Shown: positions 1 to 9,671 of the stretch, in pieces
Position numbering within the stretch: position 1 is the first letter of the stretch
Layout: the number at the start of each line of letters is the position of its first letter
From: Desulfuromonadales bacterium
Lineage (GTDB): Bacteria > Desulfobacterota > Desulfuromonadia > Desulfuromonadales > SZUA-540
Assembly (NCBI GenBank): GCA_033549025.1
Contig: JAWSUS010000003.1
Location: 120,413-184,412 of the forward strand
DNA length: 64,000 bases
Direction of reading: 5' to 3'
The notes under the pieces: generated by a model
Seen by the model: only the letters and a program-made list of their open reading frames with translations
The model's database searches: none
Told to the model about the DNA's origin: nothing
Position numbers and translations under genes: made by a program

Positions 1-1300
1 CGGCACAACGCCGCCACCCTGCTATCCAGAGAATTTGTCCCTTCCATTCAACCAGAGGGATGCGCTGGCGCTCTTCCCGCAGAATCTTTTCGTCAACAAA
101 AAAATCTTTCACCTTCTTATGTCCAGCCATCCCCGAAGGCTGAAAGCGATCGCCTTTCCGGAAGGAACGGACCCGAAGAGGGAAGGACACTTTCTCCGCA
201 TCAAACTCAACGGCCCGGAGCCCCTCCCCAGCGGATCGGGAGATCAAAGAAACCTTAAGTTCGCGGCCACCGGGAATGGCAAATACACCAGGGCCATCAA
301 TTTCGACCTCATAAGAGTCCGTGGCAAAAAACGGTTCCCCTCGCAGAAACAACCGATCATAGCGCCGGCAGGACCAGACCCCGCCAAGAGCAAGGTCGGA
401 CTGGGGCGCGGGAGACCGGAGTTGGACATCGATCGCCTCCAGATGCGCCGAAGCAAGGCCATGCACCTGGCCACGCACGTGGATCAGGCCGTGGCGCAGC
501 ACACGTATCCGCAAGGCAGGATGGAGTGAAATCAGTGCGGACCGCTCAAAACAAACCTCTCCATCGACCGCGGTTCCACAGGCAGAAAAAGCCCTGCGAG
601 TCTCCTGCTGCCAGTAGTCCTCCTCACCGTCAAGACGAGAGGCCAGCGCATTCAGATGGGGAACAATCTGGGGATTAAAGGTCTGCAGAAGCGGCACGAG
701 CTCATGGCGAATCCGATTGCGCGTAAAACGCCGATCGGCATTGCTTTCATCTTCCACACAGGAGAGGCCATGGGCCTGCAGGTAGCCCTTTAAACGGGCT
801 GACGACAGATTGAGCAGAGGCCGCACATAAAGCCCGGAGCGGAAACGCATGGCAGCCAAACCCGATAGGCCACTGCCACGGATCAGACGATGAAGAAGGG
901 TTTCGGCCTGGTCCCCTTGATGGTGACCAAGCGCCACAGCATCGCAGCCCAAATCAGTCGCCGTTTTTTCGAGGAAAGTCCGGCGAGCAGACCGAGCCGC
1001 CTCTTCGAGTCCAAGCCCACGCCGAGAAGCCAGGGCAGGGACATTTTCAGAGCCGATCGTCAGGGGAACGCTCAACTGTCGGCAGATATTCCGCACGAAT
1101 TCGGCATCGGCCGAACTGGCGGTTCGCATCTGATGATCGAAATGGGCCGCTTCAAGCGTCAGGGGATAGGTTTCCGCCAGTTCACGAAGCAAGGCCAGCA
1201 GCGCGACAGAATCGCCTCCACCCGAGACAGCCACCAGAAGCTTGCTGCCAGGACTGACACGACAGGAGACCCGTAGCGTTCTTTCAACCTCTGCGAGCAT
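1..1300 (-). CDS. tilS: tRNA(Ile)-lysidine synthase TilS, C-terminal end cut by window edge
   Basis: Absent from the ORF track because it has no stop inside the window. Minus-strand translation from ATG at 1300 reads MLAEVERTLRVSCRVSPGSKLLVAVSGGGDSVALLALLRELAE (PP-loop SGGxDS), ...LGHHQGDQAETLLHRLIRGSG..., ...GHKKVKDFFVDEKILREERQRIPLV; open to position 1. Confidence 0.85.
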   Translation of the reverse strand, partial: MLAEVERTLRVSCRVSPGSKLLVAVSGGGDSVALLALLRELAETYPLTLEAAHFDHQMRTASSADAEFVRNICRQLSVPLTIGSENVPALASRRGLGLEEAARSARRTFLEKTATDLGCDAVALGHHQGDQAETLLHRLIRGSGLSGLAAMRFRSGLYVRPLLNLSSARLKGYLQAHGLSCVEDESNADRRFTRNRIRHELVPLLQTFNPQIVPHLNALASRLDGEEDYWQQETRRAFSACGTAVDGEVCFERSALISLHPALRIRVLRHGLIHVRGQVHGLASAHLEAIDVQLRSPAPQSDLALGGVWSCRRYDRLFLRGEPFFATDSYEVEIDGPGVFAIPGGRELKVSLISRSAGEGLRAVEFDAEKVSFPLRVRSFRKGDRFQPSGMAGHKKVKDFFVDEKILREERQRIPLVEWKGQILWIAGWRRCA

Positions 1301-1312
1301 GATGCCTCAATG

Positions 1313-1342
1313 AAAAAACCCTCCCCGGAAAGCCGGGGAGGG
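1313..1342 (-). terminator. rho-independent terminator after the tRNA pair
   Basis: 10-bp GC-rich stem CCCTCCCCGG/CCGGGGAGGG (1319-1328, 1333-1342) with AAAG loop, followed on the minus strand by T6 (A-run 1313-1318 on plus). Confidence 0.75.
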
Positions 1343-1350
1343 TCTGGGGA

Positions 1351-1427
1351 TGGTGGCGGTGCAGAGATTCGAACTCCGGACACTGCGGATATGAGCCGCA
1401 TGCTCTAACCAACTGAGCTACACCGCC
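1351..1427 (-). tRNA. tRNA-Met (anticodon CAT), elongator type; Ile2 (lysidine) identity not excluded
   Basis: Reverse complement GGCGGTGTAGCTCAGTTGGTTAGAGCATGCGGCTCATATCCGCAGTGTCCGGAGTTCGAATCTCTGCACCGCCACCA folds as a cloverleaf: fully paired 7-bp acceptor stem (G1-C72), anticodon loop CT-CAT-AT, encoded CCA. Confidence 0.85.
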
Positions 1428-1473
1428 AAACTTTTCGTCTATGTGGACTCCCGGCCTCCGGGAGATCTCTTTT

Positions 1474-1550
<77 letters not shown>

Positions 1551-1563
1551 CCAGGGAGATGGC

Positions 1564-1592
1564 AATTTAGCCAGAACGGAATGTAAAGTCAA
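1564..1592 (-). promoter_or_regulatory. putative sigma70 promoter of the tRNA-fMet/tRNA-Met unit
   Basis: Minus strand reads GAAAAAAAATC-TTGACT-17 nt-TAAATT, ending 13 nt before the tRNA-fMet 5' end. The A-tract upstream of the -35 resembles an UP element. Confidence 0.5.
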
Positions 1593-1658
1593 GATTTTTT
1601 TTCAGCCTTTTCCCCTCTCTTCTTCAGGCAGGCAACAGGACGAAGAAAGCCGCTTTTA

Positions 1659-2330
1659 TCAACGCCTTCTCACCAGCGCCGACAAGCGTTCCTCCTTTTT
1701 CAGGCGCTCAACAACCTGCCCCGCGTCTGCCTCGCCGGCAAAAGGTCCAACCAGCACGCGATGCCAAATTCCCTTGCTGCCCAGGTCCCCTTTTTCGAGA
1801 AAAACAGCGTACCCCTGGGCTTCGAGACGCCCCTTGAGGCGCTCCGCTTCGTCCACGGAACGGAACGAAGCCACCTGCACCACATGGGTTCCGGCCGGAT
1901 GACTCTTGGGGGCGGCTGCCGGCGAGGTTTTCGGAGGTTCGGTCGAGGCTTTTTCCGGAGCCTGAACACTGGCCGCGGGCTCTTGGGGAGAAGGTGGTAT
2001 CTTGGCGGCAGGAGGACGGTTGATTCCACTCCCCAGCGGCGACTGTCCGGCCATCGGCAGGGTTTCATAAAAAGTCAGGCTCTCGGCCACGTCGACCGGT
2101 CGGCCCTCTTCTTTTACCTCGCCCTCCACCGCAGCTTCACCCTTTTTATCCACCGGCACGCGCAGGGGCGCCTCCAACTGGGCAGAAGAATCCGTCGGCG
2201 CCGTGGCCCGACCCACCATGAACCCAAGGACAAAACTGACCAGCGACACGGCGAGCATGAGGATCAGCAGAATGACAGCCTGCTTCTTTTCAATCCGCCG
2301 CTGGGAACGTGAAGGAACCTGGCGCATCAT
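1659..2330 (-). CDS. SPOR domain-containing membrane protein
   Basis: ORF track 1659..2366. ATG-ATG at 2330 avoids overlap with argS. One TM helix (AVILLILMLAVSLVSFVLGFMV), a Pro/Ala-rich linker, and a C-terminal SPOR-like block HVVQVASFRSVDEAERLKGRLEAQGYAVFLEK...WHRVLVGPF. Confidence 0.75.
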   Translation of the reverse strand: MMRQVPSRSQRRIEKKQAVILLILMLAVSLVSFVLGFMVGRATAPTDSSAQLEAPLRVPVDKKGEAAVEGEVKEEGRPVDVAESLTFYETLPMAGQSPLGSGINRPPAAKIPPSPQEPAASVQAPEKASTEPPKTSPAAAPKSHPAGTHVVQVASFRSVDEAERLKGRLEAQGYAVFLEKGDLGSKGIWHRVLVGPFAGEADAGQVVERLKKEERLSALVRRR

Positions 2331-2340
2331 CCTCTCCCGA

Positions 2341-4005
2341 TCACATCTGCTCCGGCGCCGAAACACCGAGCAGGTTCAAGGCATTGGCAAAGACGATACG
2401 TACACTGTTGGCCAGATAGAGCCGCGCTTTGCTGGTCTCCACATCGTCAACCAGAATGCGCTGGCGGTTGTAATAGCTGTGAAACTGTGCGGCCAACTCC
2501 TGCAGATAAAAGGTGATACGGTGAGGTTCATGGTGTCGGGCCGCCCCCAGCACGATTTCGGGATAGCGGGCCAGCAACTTGGCCAACGCCAGCTCTTCCT
2601 CCAGGGTCAGGCAATCGAAGTCGACTTCGCCGATGGCGGGCACCTGAAGCTTCTGGGTTTCGGCATTGCGGTTGATGCTGCAGACGCGAGCATGGGCGTA
2701 TTGCACATAATAGACGGGATTTTCGGTACTCTGCTGTTTGGCCAACTCCAGATCGAAATCGAGCTGACTGTCGGAGCGGCGCATCAGGAAAAAATAGCGA
2801 CAGGCATCCTTGCCGACCTCATCGACTACTTCGCGCAGCGTCACGAATTCGCCGGAGCGGGTACTCATGGCCACCTGCTGGCCACCCCGCAGCAGATTAA
2901 CCAGCTGGACAAGCAGCACCTGCAGGTCATCGGGATTACGCCCCAAGGCCTGCACAACCGCTTTCATCCGAGGGATATAGCCATGGTGGTCAGCCCCCCA
3001 GACATCGATGACCTGGTCGAAGCCCCGCTCGAACTTCTCCTTGTGGTAGGCGACGTCGGAGGCGAAGTAGGTGGTGGCGCCGTTGGAGCGCACCATGACG
3101 CGGTCTTTGTCGTCGCCAAAGTCGGTGGTGCGGAACCAGATGGCCTCATCCTTTTCATAGGCGTAGCCTTTTTCCTGCAGCAGGGCAACCCCCTGCTCCA
3201 CCTGGCCGCGGTCGTACAAGCCCTGCTCGCTGTACCAGTTGTCGAAATGCACGCCAAAAGCCTGCAAATCCGCATCAATACCGGCCAGAATCTTTTGGCC
3301 GCCATATTCGGCAAAGGCGCGGACGGCCTCTTCTTCGGAAGCCCGCACATAGCGCTCGCCTTCGGCGTCAAGAACCTCCTGCGCCAGTTCGCGAATGTAG
3401 TCGCCCTGGTAGCAGTCCTGGGGAAAATTAACCTCTTCGCCCAGCAGTTGACGATAGCGCAGATAGAGGGAGCGCCCCAGGGTGTTCATCTGGTTGCCGG
3501 CATCGTTGATGTAGTATTCACACTGCACATCATAACCGGTCGCCTTCAGCAGGGAGGCGACCGCATCTCCCGTAGCGGCGCCCCGTCCATGGCCGATATG
3601 CAGAGGACCGGTCGGATTGGCACTGACAAATTCCACCTGAACCTTTTTGCCGGCACCGGCCTGGCTCTCCCCGTAGCGACGGCCATGGCGATAGATATCG
3701 TCGAGCACCCCATACCAGCAGCGATTGGTCAAAAAGAAGTTGATGAATCCGGGCCCGGCCACGGTCACCTTGTTCCACAGTTCGCCGCCGTCACCCAAGG
3801 CCGCCAGCAGGATCTCGGCAATCTGACGCGGAGCCTTCTTTTCTGCCCGAGCCAGCAGCATGGCCGCATTCGTCGCATAATCGCCATGTTCGGCATGGGC
3901 GGGAACTTCCACGGTAAATTCGGGATAGAGCCCCGAGGCCAGAGTCCCCTTGGCGTAACAATCGGCCAGGGCATCTTTGATGTGTTTCGCTAACCGTTCT
4001 TTCAT
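2341..4005 (-). CDS. argS: arginine--tRNA ligase
   Basis: 554-aa ORF with class I HIGH motif (ANPTGPLHIGHGRGA) and overall ArgRS-like sequence ending ...LLGVSAPEQM. Confidence 0.97.
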   Translation of the reverse strand: MKERLAKHIKDALADCYAKGTLASGLYPEFTVEVPAHAEHGDYATNAAMLLARAEKKAPRQIAEILLAALGDGGELWNKVTVAGPGFINFFLTNRCWYGVLDDIYRHGRRYGESQAGAGKKVQVEFVSANPTGPLHIGHGRGAATGDAVASLLKATGYDVQCEYYINDAGNQMNTLGRSLYLRYRQLLGEEVNFPQDCYQGDYIRELAQEVLDAEGERYVRASEEEAVRAFAEYGGQKILAGIDADLQAFGVHFDNWYSEQGLYDRGQVEQGVALLQEKGYAYEKDEAIWFRTTDFGDDKDRVMVRSNGATTYFASDVAYHKEKFERGFDQVIDVWGADHHGYIPRMKAVVQALGRNPDDLQVLLVQLVNLLRGGQQVAMSTRSGEFVTLREVVDEVGKDACRYFFLMRRSDSQLDFDLELAKQQSTENPVYYVQYAHARVCSINRNAETQKLQVPAIGEVDFDCLTLEEELALAKLLARYPEIVLGAARHHEPHRITFYLQELAAQFHSYYNRQRILVDDVETSKARLYLANSVRIVFANALNLLGVSAPEQM

Positions 4006-4011
4006 GACCAG

Positions 4012-4191
4012 CTATTCTCTTTCCTGTGTTTTGGCTGAATCAGCCTCATTAATTGCAGATTCCTTCTGCAGCTGCACATCCTCGGTAAAATCGGGGCAAT
4101 GAAGTGTGACATCGCCGCCCATGGCAAATCGCTTGGCACAGCTTTCCCGCCAGGCACAAAGAGGGCAGATTTTTTGGACATCCCTGGACAT
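4012..4191 (-). CDS. hypothetical small Cys-rich protein (59 aa), coupled to argS
   Basis: Below the ORF-track size cutoff. My translation is MSRDVQKICPLCAWRESCAKRFAMGGDVTLHCPDFTEDVQLQKESAINEADSAKTQERE. AGGAG lies 12 nt upstream of the ATG. The TAG stop is 6 nt before the argS ATG. Confidence 0.5.
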   Translation of the reverse strand: MSRDVQKICPLCAWRESCAKRFAMGGDVTLHCPDFTEDVQLQKESAINEADSAKTQERE

Positions 4192-4227
4192 ACGCCGACA
4201 CGTCTCCTCTCTTGCAAAAAGAGAGTT

Positions 4228-4257
4228 ATGTTAGCGCCAGGCATGGATTCCTGTCAA
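4228..4257 (-). promoter_or_regulatory. putative sigma70 promoter for small ORF-argS
   Basis: Minus strand TTGACA (4257-4252), 18-nt spacer, TAACAT (4233-4228), about 35 nt upstream of the small ORF start. Confidence 0.3.
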
Positions 4258-4342
4258 GAAATCCCACGACAGACGCGCACATATCGTCCTGAAAATGGAG
4301 ACCAAGCAAGATGGCGGAACCAGAAAAGCGTGAAAAGGACAA

Positions 4343-4696
4343 TCAGGGGGAGGAGGCAGAAGGGGAAGCGGCAGGGAGGCTTTCTTTCTCTTCGGCGGGA
4401 AACTGGTAGACCAGTTCGTCGTCCTTGACCATCCCCAAATCCTTCCGGGCAATGCCTTCGAGGTATTTGCGGTCCGAGCGCAGGGACTCTATCTCCTGCC
4501 GGAGGGCAGTATTCTCCTCTTCCAGGCGGCGTATATCTTCCGCCAGGGCATCGCCTTGCGCCTTGGCCTGCATGGCGCGCAAAACGCCATTCTCGCCAAA
4601 AACGGCCACGCCTAGAAGCAGAAGCAGAAAAAGCAGAGACCACAGGGGGATGGAGGAAGTGGAGGATTTCGTTTTTACCGAATCGGAATCTGACAT
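4343..4696 (-). CDS. ftsB: septum formation initiator family protein (FtsB/DivIC)
   Basis: 117 aa with an N-terminal TM helix (IPLWSLLFLLLLLGVAVF), a coiled coil (LAEDIRRLEEENTALRQEIESLRSD) and the conserved YLEGIARKDLGMVKDDELVYQF block. Confidence 0.8.
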   Translation of the reverse strand: MSDSDSVKTKSSTSSIPLWSLLFLLLLLGVAVFGENGVLRAMQAKAQGDALAEDIRRLEEENTALRQEIESLRSDRKYLEGIARKDLGMVKDDELVYQFPAEEKESLPAASPSASSP

Positions 4697-4771
4697 ACCC
4701 GAGCCTGAATGTGCAGTGGAACATCGGTGCCCGCCGGCACAAGCCGACAGGCACCGACAGAAATCCCGTCA

Positions 4772-5071
4772 TTACTCGACGACGATATAGTCCTTCAGTT
4801 TCTCCAGTTTCTTCTGGCCGATACCTTTGACATTGACCAGTTCATCGGAAGAACGGAATGGTCCTTTCTCCGTCCGATAGGCCACGATCCGCTCCGCCGT
4901 TACCTGACCCACGTTAGGCAAGCGCTGCAGTTCTGCCACGGTAGCCTGATTGATATTTACCACGGCGACCGCAGCGGCCGCGTTCCCTCCCTGAAGAGGC
5001 TTGCTGTACCCTGTTGAAGCAACCATAAAGAGTGACAGCACCATAACACAAACAATAAAGACGTTCCTCAT
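4772..5071 (-). CDS. comEA: ComEA family helix-hairpin-helix DNA-binding protein
   Basis: 99 aa with a signal peptide, then VNINQATVAELQRLPNVGQVTAERIVAYRTEKGPFRSSDELVNVKGIGQKKLEKL (tandem HhH). Confidence 0.8.
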   Translation of the reverse strand: MRNVFIVCVMVLSLFMVASTGYSKPLQGGNAAAAVAVVNINQATVAELQRLPNVGQVTAERIVAYRTEKGPFRSSDELVNVKGIGQKKLEKLKDYIVVE

Positions 5072-5240
5072 TTAATTTTCTCCTAGATGAAATGGTGATG
5101 ACACACGTCAGGCCGACCGTCTCCCCCCTCCTTTCCGCCCCCTATGAGGCAGGTCAGGCGCGATCGTGTGGCCGATTCCTTAATCGGCCCATCCTAATTA
5201 ACATATCATTAGAAAAAGTCAATTGGATTTAACCAAAACA

Positions 5241-5263
5241 CAAAAAAACCGGCCAGGCCGGTT
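5241..5263 (-). terminator. rho-independent terminator after lptD
   Basis: Minus strand AACCGG-CCTGG-CCGGTT followed by T7 (A-run 5242-5248 on plus), 35 nt downstream of the lptD stop. Confidence 0.7.
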
Positions 5264-5297
5264 CTTGTCAACAAATGGGGGTAAAGAGAGGGAAGGT

Positions 5298-7391
5298 TCA
5301 GTTTCGAGATTCCAGATCACGGCTGAAGCCGCCAAAGCGCCCCAAGCCGGACATGGAAAAAGAGAGCATGATCTCCGATTCGTCCAGACGATCCCGGTAG
5401 GTAAGAAAGAGGCTCCAGCATTGTGCCCGATATTCCGCATCGACCAGATTTTCCAGGGTCTGTCCTTCCAGCAGATCACGCCGGTGCTCGTAGCGCAGGT
5501 GAATCGGCGCCAACAGACCGGTAGTCAGGGTACCGCCAAGATATTCGAGCTCAGCGCTGCCTTCATCTTCCTTGGCCTGCCGGTACTCGATGGATAGGGC
5601 GTTTTTCCGTTGGTCTTTTATGGTGCCTCGCGCATTGAAACGCACGAGATCCTGCTGGTCCGAGTCAAAGTCGTAGGATGCGTCGAGATCGAGAGTGGCA
5701 TAGCGGGACGGACGCAGAATGAGCTCACCGCGCAGAGGCGAGAAGGGATGGCGAGAGGAATCCTCAGGTTCGAGATCGCGACGGCCCTCCTCAATGTCAT
5801 ACGCCTGGGACAGGCGCAGATAGAGAAATTCGAGATAATCCGCCTCGTCTGTCGTTTTTTCCCTTCGGGCCGTCCAGCGATTGGTCAGTCCGAAGACAAG
5901 GTGGTTCTTTTCCCAGAGGCGGTCATCTCTGTCGAAATAGGGCAAGTGGCTCTGATCTTCTTCCGGAATATAGCGATAGAGGATTTCAGGCTCGAGGCTG
6001 TGACGGATTTTTCGCCAAGAACCCCATTCAGCCGAAAATACCCGACTCAGGCGGGTAGAGAGGCGAGCGGTAATTTCGGGCATTCCTTCTTGTTCTTCGC
6101 TGTCGGAAGTCCAGTAGAATCGCTGCCGGTAGGCCAGCTCCGGCGAAAAGTCAAAGACACCCCAGGGGCGGAAGGCAGCGGCCACCACCGGCCGGAGATC
6201 GAGGCGCTCCCCCTTGAGCCCTTCTTTGCGCCAGAAATAGTTGGATGAACTATCGAACTGCAGATAGAAGGGGGTGGCGCCCACACGCTGGCGGATCACA
6301 TCCACCCGAACCTCCGGCAGGCGTTGCAGAACGGTGTCATCATCCCGGTCAATGACCTGGATATACTGCAGCTGTGCCGTGGCGTTGGTTTTTCCCCAGC
6401 TTCGACTGAGGTAAACTGTCGACTTGGTTTGATCCTTGTTGTATTCGCCGGCGATGTCACCGAAGTCCTCAAAGTAATCCCGGCTGCTGACGTATTCGAC
6501 GTCGGCGGCCAGACGCACGCGACCGGGCAGGAAACCATAGTGATTCCACTCCAGCGCGTAACGGTCATCCGACTCGTCGTAGCTGCTGATGTGATAACCT
6601 CGCATCTGACCTTCGTTTTCCCGCCCGAAAATGTAGCGATACTCCAGTCCCTTGCCTAACCCCATGCGGGCGAGGTAATCCAGGTAGAAGGTGGCATCCT
6701 GGTTGCGCGCGATAACCTGATAGTACGCGAGGTTGACCTGGAGGCCTTTTTTATCGGAATAACCGACGCTCGGCATCAAAAAACCGGAAGAACGCTCGGT
6801 CTGCACGGGGTAAACGACGTAGGGAAGATAGAGAACGGGCAGGTCATGGAGGTAGAAGACCACGTGCTTGCCGCGGGCAAAACCGCCGAGAGTCACCTTG
6901 AGGTCGCTGGCCCCGAACTTCCAGGAAGGAATCTCGCCGTCGCAGGTGGTGAAGGTTCCCCGCCGGATACGGTAGGACTGCTCCCCGGTCTTTTCGACGG
7001 AATCCCCGGTCAGATAAAAATTGTCTTTACGCAGAAAGACCCTCGCCCCTTCTACCACACCGACACCCGAATCGATGTTCATCCGCAGCCGCTCCCCATC
7101 AAGGGTTCCCTGCGGCTCCTCCAGGTGCACGTCCCCTTCCGCAGAGACATGACCACTCAGGGAGTCCCACACGAGCGACTCGCTCTGCAAGGTCAGATTC
7201 CCCCGTCGCAACAGCACATCGCCGTCGGCCCGATAGGCACCGCTGCTTCTGTCGTAGCTCATGGCATCGGCCTGCAGGTGGACGGTCTCGGCCGGCAGAC
7301 TATCGGCCGCACAGGATTCTCCCCCTGTCAAAATAAAGGCGAGCAGGGCAACACAAAAAGTCAGGACATATCGGCAATAGGAGCGCATCAC
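5298..7391 (-). CDS. lptD: LPS-assembly protein LptD (OstA)
   Basis: 697 aa with a signal peptide, an N-terminal OstA-like region (LQADAMSYDRSSGAYRADGDVLLRRGNLTLQSESLVWD) and a long beta-barrel-like remainder. Its start overlaps the folC stop by 4 nt. Confidence 0.9.
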   Translation of the reverse strand: MMRSYCRYVLTFCVALLAFILTGGESCAADSLPAETVHLQADAMSYDRSSGAYRADGDVLLRRGNLTLQSESLVWDSLSGHVSAEGDVHLEEPQGTLDGERLRMNIDSGVGVVEGARVFLRKDNFYLTGDSVEKTGEQSYRIRRGTFTTCDGEIPSWKFGASDLKVTLGGFARGKHVVFYLHDLPVLYLPYVVYPVQTERSSGFLMPSVGYSDKKGLQVNLAYYQVIARNQDATFYLDYLARMGLGKGLEYRYIFGRENEGQMRGYHISSYDESDDRYALEWNHYGFLPGRVRLAADVEYVSSRDYFEDFGDIAGEYNKDQTKSTVYLSRSWGKTNATAQLQYIQVIDRDDDTVLQRLPEVRVDVIRQRVGATPFYLQFDSSSNYFWRKEGLKGERLDLRPVVAAAFRPWGVFDFSPELAYRQRFYWTSDSEEQEGMPEITARLSTRLSRVFSAEWGSWRKIRHSLEPEILYRYIPEEDQSHLPYFDRDDRLWEKNHLVFGLTNRWTARREKTTDEADYLEFLYLRLSQAYDIEEGRRDLEPEDSSRHPFSPLRGELILRPSRYATLDLDASYDFDSDQQDLVRFNARGTIKDQRKNALSIEYRQAKEDEGSAELEYLGGTLTTGLLAPIHLRYEHRRDLLEGQTLENLVDAEYRAQCWSLFLTYRDRLDESEIMLSFSMSGLGRFGGFSRDLESRN

Positions 7392-8659
7392 AGGCCTTTT
7401 TCATCCTGCTGCTGCAGGTATTCACGGGCGGCCGCCACCAAATAGAGCGAACCGGCCACCAAAACGATTTCTTCAGGAGTCCTCTGCGCCAGCGCTGCAG
7501 CCAGAGCCTCCTCGGGGGAAAGCCAGGCCGAGCAAGGGACATCGTGCCGGGCGACGGCCTCACAGAGATCCTGAACTGCAACGGCTTCTTCGACCGGAGG
7601 GGGGGCGCAGTAGACCTCTTTTACCAGGGGGAGCAAAGGCGAGAGAAGATCGGCAGGATTTCGGCCGGCCTTCATACCGAACACCCAGCGAATCCCCGCA
7701 GGCCGCAGTGAGATGAGATATTCAGCCAGCACCTCGGCGCCGGCAGCGTTGTGGGCGCCATCCAGCAGGAGAAAGTTCCCGCCACCCCACCATTCCAAAC
7801 GCCCCGGCCAGCGTACGCTCTCGACCCCGCGCCGAAGAGCCTCTTCGGGCAGAGCCACCCCTTGCTCGCGCAGGGCCAGAGCACCGGCCAGAGCCTGCCC
7901 CATATTGTGCATCTGATGACGGCCGGGCAGGGCCGGCTTCACATTCTCCAGGCAGATCCCCTGGGCGGCAAAGGTAAATCGTCCCCCTCGTGGGATAACG
8001 GTATAGTCGACCCCGGCCACCCAGGTGGGGCAGTTCTTTTGACCGGCCCGTGACAGAAGTACCTCCAGGGCGCTGTCATCCTGGCTACCAATGACTACCG
8101 GCACACCTTCTTTGAGAATGCCGGCTTTCTCGCCGGCGATGGAGGCGAGGTCTCCCCCCAGATGCTCGACATGGTCAAGACTGACCGGGGTAATGAGGGT
8201 AAGTTGGGGCGTGACGGCGTTGGTTGCATCCAGCCGGCCGCCCATTCCGGTCTCCAGTATGGCAAAATCGACCTTTTGTCGGGAAAAATAAAGAAGAGCC
8301 AGCGCCGTGGTGAATTCGAAGAAGGTCGCCGGAACAGAGCTGGAAAAAGCCCTGATCTCTTCGGTCAGCGCACAGACATCGGCTTCCGAGATAGGGCAAC
8401 GGTCCACCTGGATGCGCTCAGTGAAGGAGTGCAGATGGGGGGAGGTGTAAAGGCCTGTTTTGTAGCCGGCCTGCCGAAGAATTTCCGCCAGAGCGGCCGA
8501 AACCGAGCCCTTACCGTTGGTGCCAGCCACATGAATGACGGAGTAGGCCTTTTCGGGATGGTGCAAGGCATCCAGCAGGTTTTTTATATTCTCGAGGCCG
8601 AGTTTGATACCAAACCGCTGAAGGCCGTACAGGTAATCAAGGCTCTCGCCGTAGTGCAC
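7388..8659 (-). CDS. folC: bifunctional folylpolyglutamate synthase/dihydrofolate synthase
   Basis: 423 aa with the Mur-ligase P-loop HVAGTNGKGS. The accD-folC adjacency matches many Proteobacteria. Confidence 0.92.
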   Translation of the reverse strand: MHYGESLDYLYGLQRFGIKLGLENIKNLLDALHHPEKAYSVIHVAGTNGKGSVSAALAEILRQAGYKTGLYTSPHLHSFTERIQVDRCPISEADVCALTEEIRAFSSSVPATFFEFTTALALLYFSRQKVDFAILETGMGGRLDATNAVTPQLTLITPVSLDHVEHLGGDLASIAGEKAGILKEGVPVVIGSQDDSALEVLLSRAGQKNCPTWVAGVDYTVIPRGGRFTFAAQGICLENVKPALPGRHQMHNMGQALAGALALREQGVALPEEALRRGVESVRWPGRLEWWGGGNFLLLDGAHNAAGAEVLAEYLISLRPAGIRWVFGMKAGRNPADLLSPLLPLVKEVYCAPPPVEEAVAVQDLCEAVARHDVPCSAWLSPEEALAAALAQRTPEEIVLVAGSLYLVAAAREYLQQQDEKGL

Positions 8660-8662
8660 CGG

Positions 8663-9511
8663 TCAGCTCTTGGTGAAAATACGTAAAATCTGGCCAAGCC
8701 TCGCCTTCATTTCCTGGCGGCGGACGATCATGTCGACCATGCCATGCTCCAGCAGGTATTCGGAGCGCTGGAAACCTTCGGGGAGTTTCTGCCGGATCGT
8801 CTGCTCGATGACACGGGGGCCGGCAAAGCCGATGAGGGCCCGTGGTTCAGCCATATTGATATCCCCCAGCATGGCGAAACTGGCCGTCACGCCACCGGTG
8901 GTGGGATCGGTCAGCACCGAAATAAAGGGGATGCCGGCTGCCTTGAGTTTAGCCAGCGCCGCACTGGTTTTGGCCATCTGCATGAGGGAGAGAATACTCT
9001 CCTGCATGCGGGCACCGCCGGAAGAGGAAAAAACGATCACCGGAGCTCTGTTCTCCAGTCCCTTTTCAATCGCCCGGGTGATCTTTTCACCGACCACCGA
9101 GCCCATGCTGCCGCCCATGAAACCGAAATCGAAGACGGCCACCACCACGGCCAGCCCCTCGATGGTTCCCTCGCCGCAGACGACCGCGTCGCCGCCACCG
9201 CTCTTCTTGACGGCCGCCTTGATTCGCTCCTTGTATTTTTTGGAATCCTTGAAGTCGAGAAAGTCGACGGACTCCATGGCGGCATCCATTTCGACAAAAG
9301 AGCCCTCGTCGAGGGTCAGCGCGATCCTCTCGCGGGCACTGATGCGAAAGTGATAGTCGCACTTCGGGCAGACATTGAGATTGCGCTCAATCTCCTTGGT
9401 ATAGATAATCTCATTACAGTTTTTGCATTTGCTCCAGACGCCTTCGGGCATCTTAACTTTTTTCGTTTCAACCGGCGCAATGGGCGCTTTCGATTTTTTA
9501 AACCAGGACAT
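8663..9511 (-). CDS. accD: acetyl-CoA carboxylase carboxyltransferase subunit beta
   Basis: 282 aa with an N-terminal Cys4 zinc finger ([26 protein letters not shown]) and the carboxyltransferase core ([15 protein letters not shown]). Confidence 0.95.
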   Translation of the reverse strand: MSWFKKSKAPIAPVETKKVKMPEGVWSKCKNCNEIIYTKEIERNLNVCPKCDYHFRISARERIALTLDEGSFVEMDAAMESVDFLDFKDSKKYKERIKAAVKKSGGGDAVVCGEGTIEGLAVVVAVFDFGFMGGSMGSVVGEKITRAIEKGLENRAPVIVFSSSGGARMQESILSLMQMAKTSAALAKLKAAGIPFISVLTDPTTGGVTASFAMLGDINMAEPRALIGFAGPRVIEQTIRQKLPEGFQRSEYLLEHGMVDMIVRRQEMKARLGQILRIFTKS

Positions 9512-9671
9512 CTCGTTTCCTCATTTCTCCAGGGACCGGCAATCGCCTTCCCCTGCGAATAGGGCGCCATGACGTGCAGGCCCTGTCATCTGACTGAGGC
9601 CTGAGCCGAAGCGCAGTCCGCAAAACGGCGGAGCGCTCTTGCGCTCTTCACTAACCCAGCTCCACCTTGTA

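Noticed and set aside
35-1276. Plus-strand ORFs 35..529 and 890..1276
   Set aside because: Both are antisense to tilS, whose minus-strand frame is open across the whole region and carries the PP-loop motif.
2203-3993. 596-aa plus-strand ORF
   Set aside because: It lies fully antisense to argS, which has clear class I synthetase motifs. The translation is low-complexity (Gly/Ala/Leu/Arg/Gln-rich), typical of shadow ORFs in GC-rich genes, and there is no SD.
5072-5240. Possible riboswitch (e.g. GEMM-I cyclic-dinucleotide class) in the ~130-nt comEA 5' region
   Set aside because: There is a local hairpin (GGCCGATTAAGGAATCGGCC), but none of the conserved GEMM core sequences I remember (GCAAAGCC-type, GNRA tetraloop with receptor) are present. 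A covariance-model scan would be needed to revisit this.
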